The notes under the pieces: model-generated
Seen by the model: only the letters and a program-made list of their open reading frames with translations
Databases searched by the model: none
Told to the model about the DNA's origin: nothing
Source: Eledone cirrhosa
Lineage: Eukaryota
Direction: 5' to 3'
Assembly: GCA_964016885.1 (NCBI GenBank)
Contig: OZ024744.1
Span: 62,062,001-62,126,000, forward strand
Length of the DNA: 64,000 nt
In this document: piece by piece, positions 55,107-64,000 of the stretch
Layout: the number at the start of each line of letters is the position of its first letter
How positions within the stretch are numbered: the stretch's first letter is position 1
Program-made: the position numbers and the translations under genes

Positions 55107-56345
55107 AATAATAATAATAATAATTTCTTTATGAACCACGAAGGGTTTACCAAAAAAAAAAAAAAAAAAAAAAAAAAAACTAATTCAGAGTAGTTTTATG
55201 GAAACATGTAAAAATGAGAAAAAAAAACAAAAACAAAAGTGACAATAAAATTAAAGCAAAGAGCTATTCATGGAAAAATCCCACAAAAAGACAATGACCC
55301 TGACCATTAAGGAAAGTGCCTTCTAGTTGTTCTCCAATCTACATATGCATACTTAAAGTAGGTCTGTTCAATTGGACAGCACTAGTAACTCTCAACCATC
55401 TTTCAACAAATTTGCTGGAAGGAGACACTTCTCTCTCCACTCTTTTCATTCAAAACTTGAAAAAGTCTGTGATGGCTTGGTCAAAGAGGAATGTGTCTAT
55501 CTTCACCCCTTTCAATCTTGTCCACCACATAACCTTTTTCACTATAGCCACTAGACAGATATAAACAGCTTGCCCTTCTCGACCTACAGAATGCAGTGGA
55601 AAGATCTTTGTAATGGACTCAGCTGATAGCCAGATCCATCATATACATTGTAGCAACTCTGCGACATAACTCCAATCACTGGACAAGTGCTTGCAGGGTG
55701 GTTTCATCATCCTGTGTGCTTTTGGACAGGTCCAGTCAATGGCACTTCCATTGCCTGTAGAGTTTATCTTGAATTAACAGTGCCCCTTTGTTGTACTGCC
55801 AGGTCAGGGATTTCTGGAAATTATCCATGGGACCTGGATCCAAAATAGATTAGCCAGTTGATTTTTATCAACACCCAGCTGCTCCCTGAGAACATTGTCC
55901 TTTCCACAGGCTACATTACTTAATTAGCAATGAGCTGTGAGTGATTGATCCAGGGCTACATCTCTGTCAAAGAGAGAAGCTGGCAAAAGACATCTGACAA
56001 ATGATGACAACCCTTGTTCATTGTAGGAAAAGGAGATGTCACAGCCTTAGTGCATATCTGTGCATTATCAATTACAGCATGCCTAGTCATCTGCACATTG
56101 AGTGTTGCAAATGGAGCACCTAACTAGTGTAACATATCCCTTCCACAAAAAACAAAAGAGCATATGCTCAGTCAGATTAGTGGTCAAGTGATAATAGATG
56201 ACAGAGGTGATGTATGTGTTCACCACTCCTATCTTACATTTCAGGTATAGCTTCCTCTCAGCCCATTTCTGGGTGAGACTGGCCATCCTGCTCATCACCT
56301 TGTCCTAGTTACTGTTCACCTGAAAATCTGAACAAAGCCATATCC
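55107..56345 (-). mobile_element. Tx1/L1-group LINE 3' fragment with (ATT)n tail
   Basis: KWAERKLYLKCKIGVVNTYITSVIYYHL..LFCFLWKG..LVR; degenerate Cys-knuckle region near 55680-55740; T-rich UTR and ATAAA before (ATT)n. Confidence 0.65.
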
Positions 56346-56896
56346 TAAACAATTTAACCAATCAAGCCATCCAATGCCAGACATCATAATTATAAATACC
56401 AAGGGATAAAACCTGTATACTGATTAATGTCAATACCAGCCGATTACAATACATCAGTTAAGTTCATGGAAAAACTGTCTAAATATAAGACCTTGAGATT
56501 GAGATCTTCAGAATATAGGACATGACCAGTCAAACCAAACCAGTTATGATCGAAGTGGGAAAATTGTCGCAACAAAATTCCAGAAAATATCACTTTATAA
56601 GAACTAGAACCCTCCAACTGTGGAAGGTTCTGTGGTCTAAGGTAACAACATCATGTACCTTGTATAACCTCAGAACCCCGATTTGTACCTGGTGATACGA
56701 GATAGAAACAAAACACTCAAATACATTAATTATGATCACTTTTCCTACCAGCATTAAATGGCAAATCTTTTGTTTCACATATAAATAGAAAATATGGATA
56801 TTTTTTTCATAAGCAAACAGAAATAGAAATACATACATAATAGATAGATAAATGAATATATAAAGAAGCAGTATGTAAATTTGCTTATCATCTTAC

Positions 56897-56986
56897 CCCA
56901 TGAATGGTACTTAAATCCTTTATCTTAAATTTGTTGAGATAGTGATCGAAAGTTACCACAGCATGCCGCTTATCTACACTGTTAGC
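56897..56986 (-). CDS. CEP170: CEP170-like FHA-domain exon (90 nt)
   Basis: ttttgcag acceptor and GTAAGA donor; ANSVDKRHAVVTFDHYLNKFKIKDLSTIHG with FHA S..H and DL.S/T..GT motifs; joins in phase 0 to 39541. Confidence 0.9.
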
Positions 56987-57072
56987 CTGCAAAATAAATA
57001 AAATAAATAAATTAATAAATAAACAAACAGAGAGAGAGAGAGGAAATTAATATTCCATATGTGCATACACAA

Positions 57073-57132
<60 letters not shown>

Positions 57133-57419
57133 ACACGTGTTCAAATAAGTTGAGAATACAACGTATATATGGCTAAGAAAATTTAATGATATTTTTAGCC
57201 TACAACATGAAGGGTGATAAACAGACTAAAGATTAATCCAATGGGTAAATTCCAATCACAGTAGTGTTATAATTTCAGAGAGCATGCAGCTAAGGAACTA
57301 GTCTTCCAGGATTGAACTGTAATTTCGTGTTTAACTAGTGAAAGATACATAGTCAATTGTTTTAATAATAATTCCTTGACTTTATATATATATACAGCGA
57401 CAGAATATACATATATAAA

Positions 57420-57931
57420 ACTGTCCCCCAGTTTTCATGGGGGTTACGTTCCTAGAACACCCGTGAAGAGTGAAAAATCGCGAATATTGGATGTGGTCCA
57501 TAAAAATGCCTATAAATGTCAAAATATAATTGTTTCTACTTTAGGTATAAGGCCAGCAATTACCCAGTACATTACTGGTACTTTATTTTATTGACCCCGT
57601 AAGGATGAAAGGCAAAGTTAACCTCGGCGGGATTTGAACTCAGACTGTAAAGGGACGTAACTATGCTGGTGTAAAATATAATTTTTAAAAAAGAGGGAGC
57701 ATCTTCTGTCAAGGGGAGCCCAATAGGCCAGCAAATACAGTATATTATTAATAATTTAGCGTTAAAAATATATACATATTTCCATGAAAAAAAAAAAAAA
57801 GAAATTGCAGGAGATATTTATGAATTCTGTGAATATGCGGTGGTTTCAACGAACAATTATTAGTTAGGTACTAAGGAAAATTCTGCAAATAACCGGGACC
57901 ACAAACATCAGGACTGCCTGGGTACACTGTA
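57420..57931. mobile_element. Tigger/pogo-like MITE with a nested S1 SINE (57527-57668)
   Basis: GTCCCCCAGTTTTCATGGGGGTTACGTTCC start and ACACTGTA end; SINE flanked by AAAATATAAT. Confidence 0.5.
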
Positions 57932-57937
57932 GATACA

Positions 57938-58263
57938 TTATAAAGGAGACGGTTTTAAATGTACATCTGTTTATTATATAATCCTGTTATACGAATTTCA
58001 AAAACAGAGACTGCATAATAACCCCGTGACATATTCTCTTCAGACAGGTGCAAAGTTGTAGTATTTTTGTTTTTGATATGCTACTAGAGTTAGGAACGCA
58101 GTAGTAGTCGTCCACTCGGGTATATGACTACTGGGGTGGACTAACACCACAAAAACACTACAACTTTCCACCTGTCAGAAGAGAACATTTGACGTCTTTG
58201 AAATATGTATAACAGGATTATAAAATAAACAGATAATGATCATTTAAAACCACCTCTTTATAA
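57938..58263. mobile_element. ~325-bp imperfect palindrome with two divergently oriented hammerhead-like motifs
   Basis: Arms TATAAAG..GGTTTTAAATG..ATCTGTTTATT.TATAATCCTGTTATAC..; each arm reads CCTGT-C(T/A)GAAGA..GAAA..TA-ACAGG. Confidence 0.7.
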
Positions 58264-58831
58264 TAATTGTTTCTACATGTTTCAGTAATTATCCCAGTGC
58301 ATTACTGGTGTTTTATTTTATCGACCCCGTAAGGATGAATGGAAAAGTTAACCTCAGCGGGATTTGAACTCAGACCATAAAGGGCCGTAACTCTACGCTG
58401 CAAAGCATGGCGTTCGACCCTATACTGATACTGCTTATTTATGATATTGACACTCCGTTTGATACCTTATTGATAATACTTTAAGGAGCACAATGTTTTA
58501 CATCTGTTTACAACTAAAGTCGGATTATTTGATCAACCAACTTTCCTCACTTGAGAGAGAGAGAAAGAGAGAAAGAAGAGAAAGAGAAAAGAAAGCGAAA
58601 GTGGAAAGATAGATACAGAGAGAGATGAACAGATAAAAATAGCTACATGTTAGAACAGTCTGCTAAATGAAAACTTGGAAAGAGAAATATATTTGGATAC
58701 TTCCGATAATTTCTATGAGAGAAAATTATGATATTCTTTTTAAATTCCATCACCATAATCGTAATGCACACATTCTGAAAATATGTCTGCAAAATGTGCA
58801 TTTTTATGAAAGTTATGAGGAAACAAAGTAT

Positions 58832-58834
<3 letters not shown>

Positions 58835-58895
<61 letters not shown>

Positions 58896-58952
58896 TAAGT
58901 AATACATGCTATATATATATATATATATATATAAAATATTAAGTAATACATG

Positions 58953-59002
<50 letters not shown>

Positions 59003-59064
59003 AATATTAAGTAATACATGCTATATATATATATATATATATATCAAATATTAAGTAATACATG

Positions 59065-59096
<32 letters not shown>

Positions 59097-59128
59097 AATA
59101 TTAAGTAATACATTCTATATATATATAT
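58835..59128. repeat. Compound repeat: AAATATTAAGTAATACATGCT x5 separated by variable (AT)n
   Basis: Units near 58889, 58934, 59002, 59046 and 59096. Confidence 0.9.
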
Positions 59129-59129
59129 A

Positions 59130-59382
59130 CTAGCTGGCCCGTCCGGCTCGCGCCCGGCTAGGTATACCTGCCCCCACCACTCCACTGCAAAGATACGACA
59201 TCCTCCTGTGTCACATTGTCCTTCCGACTCTCTCTCTCTCTCTATGTGTGTATATATTGAAGAGAGATACGTAAACTAAAACAGTGTTGTCGTATAGAGA
59301 GTGAAGAGTGACAGAGTAAAGCAGTTAAATTATAGAGAGGGGGAATGATCTTACATACATACATGCATACATATATATAAAG

Positions 59383-59423
<41 letters not shown>

Positions 59424-59849
59424 TTTGTTTTGATGTTACCTGGCAATTGGTGAAATCAGGTGTGTGTGTGTGCGTGTGTTACTTATGGGAGTGAGGACAG
59501 GAAAAGTGTGTGGTATACATACATTATTATATTTGTCTGTATTTTCGTTCTGCAACCATTATATTATGATATTTGTCTCCAAATGATTTTAGATGTATGT
59601 ATTACCTGCTTGCCCGCCCCGCTGTTTCTCTTTCCCTGTCTCCCTCTCTGTCCTCTCTCCTCTCTTTAGATGTGTGTGTGTGTGTGTGTGTGTGTGTAGT
59701 TTTCCTAATCTGTCTCTTTCACTCTCTGTCTCTCTAAGAGGGTTGCCCTTTGATGTATGTATTACCTGCTTGTGTGTTGACTGAATTTGAAGGAGGTTAT
59801 CCTTTTGAAATAAACATACATACGGCGCTCATCTCCATGTTGATATATG
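59130..59849 (-). mobile_element. Probable non-autonomous Helitron
   Basis: Minus-strand 3' end CTAG|T at 59130 with a GC-rich subterminal palindrome; candidate TC 5' end at 59849; internal microsatellites. Confidence 0.5.
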
Positions 59850-60097
59850 ATATAAATAATGGGATTGATGAGTTAATACCTGTATACAGCAACTACAACG
59901 GTACACGAGGGGGCCAACCCACAGCCCCACCGGACAGAATGGAGAAGGCGTTTCCCCAGAGGACGGCAACGGAGACGCGCTGGAAAAGCCACTCCAACTC
60001 GCGGAGCTTACACCTGCGGCTTGCCAGCTCAGCACCTATGGCAGTGAGTAAGGAGGTACCCTGGGGCCGAGGACACCAGAAGTCTCCACTGCCAGGG
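59850..60097 (-). mobile_element. CRE-clade non-LTR 3' fragment (RLE domain)
   Basis: [14 protein letters not shown], frameshift, then [41 protein letters not shown]. Confidence 0.8.
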
Positions 60098-60149
60098 GTA
60101 CGTAATCTGGTGCATTATGGTCCATCTGATTTCTTACCACAATTCCTTC

Positions 60150-60975
<826 letters not shown>

Positions 60976-63900
60976 ATTTTCCAAAACAAATCTCTTGTAT
61001 TTCTGTCATGCTTGTAAAAATACGGAAAAAATATGTATTTTTGTTCGTTAATACGGGGTTCTTACTTAAACCTATCCTTCTCGCTAACAACTCAACTCCC
61101 CTCCCTCCCGCCCCCACACACCACCATTATTATTACGTGGACCTATCATAAGCCAGAGGCCTATACTATCGCTTACCTGGTCGCCTTCGATATGTAGGAT
61201 GGAAGGACTACGGAGTTCCGGAGAGTTGAAGAGAGAAAAATCTGGACGCTCAGCGACAATGCCAAAGTTAAAGACAATCACACCTCGTGGACGAGAATGC
61301 GAGCATGCCTCTTTGTTTCGGCCGCGGATGGCTAACATAACCCCATCTCCCCCCGCTCCCCACCTTTCCAACCCCCCAAACGCAATCCAAAACTTCAGAT
61401 TTGGTACCTTGAATGTAGGCACCTTAAAGGGTTGCTCTAACGAGGTTGTAGAAATGCTTGAACGTAAGGAGGTCGATGTTTGTTGTATTCAAGAGACCAG
61501 GTGGAGGGGTGGATCTGCTAGATACATTGTGGGTAGAAAACGATGCTATAAGCTTTTCTGGGTGGGAAACGACAATGGGCTGGGTGGAGTAGGAATCATG
61601 GTAGCAGAAAAGTGGGCAGATAAGATAATAGACGTAAATAGAGTGAACGACAGAATAATTAAAATAAGACTTGTCCTCAATAGAACTACGGTGACAGTAA
61701 TATCCGCGTACGCACCCCAATCCGGACTGCCCAGCACTATAAAAGACAGATTCTATGAGACACTGATGCTCACTACCTCCCAAATAACCGACAGTGACTA
61801 TATAATTATTGCAGGCGACCTAAATGGTCACATTGGACAACATTGTGATGGCTATGACGGAATCCACGGAGGCTATGGGTTTGGTACTAGAAATGAGGAA
61901 GGCTCCAGAATCCTGGAATTCTGCGACGCAAATAACCTAACTATCTGCAACACTAACTTCAAAAAACGAGACAATCACTTGATCACCTACAGATCAGGGG
62001 AACATACTAGCCAGGTAGATTATATCCTTACCAGAAGACGTGACAAAGTGACTGTCGTAAACACTAAATCCCTCCCCCATGAAGAATGGACTTCCCAACA
62101 TAGACTGATAATTAGCGACCTAATAGTCAGGACGAGACGTACTAGACAACAGAAGAGGACTATCCTCAGGAGAAAAATATGGAAGCTAAAGGACCCCACA
62201 GCCAAAAATAAATTCCAAAGCATATTACTTGATGCTTTCGACAGTGAGGAAGAGCAATTAGAGACGTACAAGGTAGAGGAACAGTGGGAATTCCTGAAAG
62301 CAAACCTGCTGACGGCGGCAGACGAAGTCTGTGGCTGGAGCAGGCCTGTAGGCAGGAGGAGAGTAACATGGTGGTGGAACAGTAAGGTGGAGGGGTCAAT
62401 TAAGGCCAAAAAGCAGGCTTGGAAAGTATGGCGGGATAGGGGAAGCAGAGAAGACTATCAAGTGGCCAGGAGGGAAGCTAGGAGACAAGTGTACTTCGCA
62501 AGAAGGGAAGCAGAGGAAAGAAAGTTCAAGCATGTTCTACAACGTGAGGACCAAAAACGTGAGGTGTTCAGGATTGCTAGGCAATGTGTCAAGGAAAACA
62601 GTGATATTGTCGGGGAGAAGTGTGTACTTAACGATGACGGCGTACTTGCCATCACCGACGCCGATAAGAAGGTAGCTTGGAACTGTCACTATGAAAGGCT
62701 ACTAAATGAGGAGAATAAATGGGAGAAAGACAGTCTCCCCCACATCGACCCAATAGAGGGACCAGCAGTGTTAGTCGAGGGTAGTATAATAAGTAAGGCA
62801 ATCAAAGATATGAAGACAGGCAAGGCGGCTGGGCCTTCGGAAATAGTTGCCGAGATGCTGAAGGCATCTCGTACGGTGGGACACACCATGGTCACCCGGA
62901 TAGTCAACCAAGTCATACAGAATGGGGTTGTTCCGAAGGACTGGCGTAGCAGCATTATCGTTAACCGTTATAAGGGTAAAGGAGATGCCCTAGATAGGAG
63001 TAACTATAGAGGCATTAAATTAATCGACCAGGTCATGAAGGTCACGGAAAAAGTAATAGCGCAACTAATCAGAGAGCGAATTGATCTAGATGAAATGCAG
63101 TTCGGGTTTGTGTCAGGAAAAAGTACCACAGACGCTCTTTTCATTGTACGACAACTACAGAAGTACCTAGCTAAAAGTAAACCCCTATACTTAGCTTTCG
63201 TCGACTTGGAGAAGGCCTTCGACAGAGTCCCCCGTTCCATTATCTGGTGGGCTCTTAGAAAACTAGGTGTTGATGAATGGCTTGTGAGAGCTATACAAGC
63301 CATGTATAAAGAAACAGTCAGCACGGTTAGAATTAACAACGAATATAGTGAAGAGTTTAGTGAAAAAGTTGGTGATCATCAGGGCTCTGTTCTTAGCCCC
63401 CTACTATTTATTATTGCCCTCCAGGCTATAACAGTGGAGTTCAAGACCGGCTGCCCATGGGAACTCCTATACGCAGATGATCTAACGCTCATAGCTGAAC
63501 CAATGGCCGAGCTATAGCTGAACCAATGGCCGAGCTAGAGAAGAAATTCCAAACATGGAAGCATGGCCTAGAATCAAAAGGCCTTAAAATTAACCTGGCT
63601 AAGACTAAAGTTTTAGTTTGTAAGAAAGAAAATAAGGCGGCGGTCCCCTCCGGGAAGTGGCCATGCGCAGAGTGTAGGAAAGGCGTAGGTAGAAATTCCA
63701 TTTTGTGTCCCAAATGCAAAGTTTGGGTGCATAAAAGATGTAGTGGGATCACAGGTAAGCTAACTAAGAACATAGATTTTACATGTGGCCGGTGTTCTGG
63801 GGCAATAAGTAGCAGCAAGTGCCCACAAAATACTAGCTCTTTCAACTGCGCAGAGGGTTCGATAGAAATAGTGGACAGCTTCCGTTACCTGGGTGACAAA

Positions 63901-64000
63901 ATCAGCAGTGGGGGAGGGTGCTCTGAAAGTACAGTAGCTAGAGTCAGAACTGGGTGGAAAAAGTTCAGAGAGCTTATACCACTATTAGCCGCTAAAGGGT
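60976..64000 (+). mobile_element. RTE family B, young copy running off the window; ORF 61199-63517 frameshifted by a 23-bp duplication
   Basis: APE + RT through YADD; ATAGCTGAACCAATGGCCGAGCT at 63491-63513 and 63514-63536; the finger region continues in another frame. Confidence 0.95.

Noticed and set aside
58835-59128. CRISPR-like array
   Set aside because: The spacers are pure (AT)n, the context is eukaryotic and there are no cas genes.

Overview
AT-rich, microsatellite-laden animal genomic DNA; the repeat landscape suggests an octopus or other coleoid cephalopod (inference). It is mostly intronic sequence of a minus-strand CEP170-like FHA-domain gene. Three small coding exons, two of them absent from the ORF track, lie at 56897-56986, 39463-39541 and 38341-38465. 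The intron between the last two has U12 (minor spliceosome) signals and keeps the frame only if its ends are AT-AT. The rest is transposon-derived: two Penelope-like families (Neptune-like at 1.8-4.1 kb, Naiad-like at 25-27 kb and 33-34 kb), one RTE LINE with an uninterrupted EN-RT-PHD ORF (17.9-21.0 kb), four copies of a second RTE family, and fragments of CRE, CR1-group, Tx1, Rex3-like and RTEX-like LINEs. Also present are a mariner fossil, piggyBac- and pogo-type MITEs, a probable Helitron and many tRNA-SINEs. Most notable are the AT-AT minor intron, palindromic mini-elements built from Penelope termini with hammerhead-ribozyme motifs, a Penelope tail fused to CRE-clade sequence, and an ~8 kb inverted Naiad/RTE arrangement inside a (TA)n retrotransposon pile-up. 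All calls are by eye, without searches.
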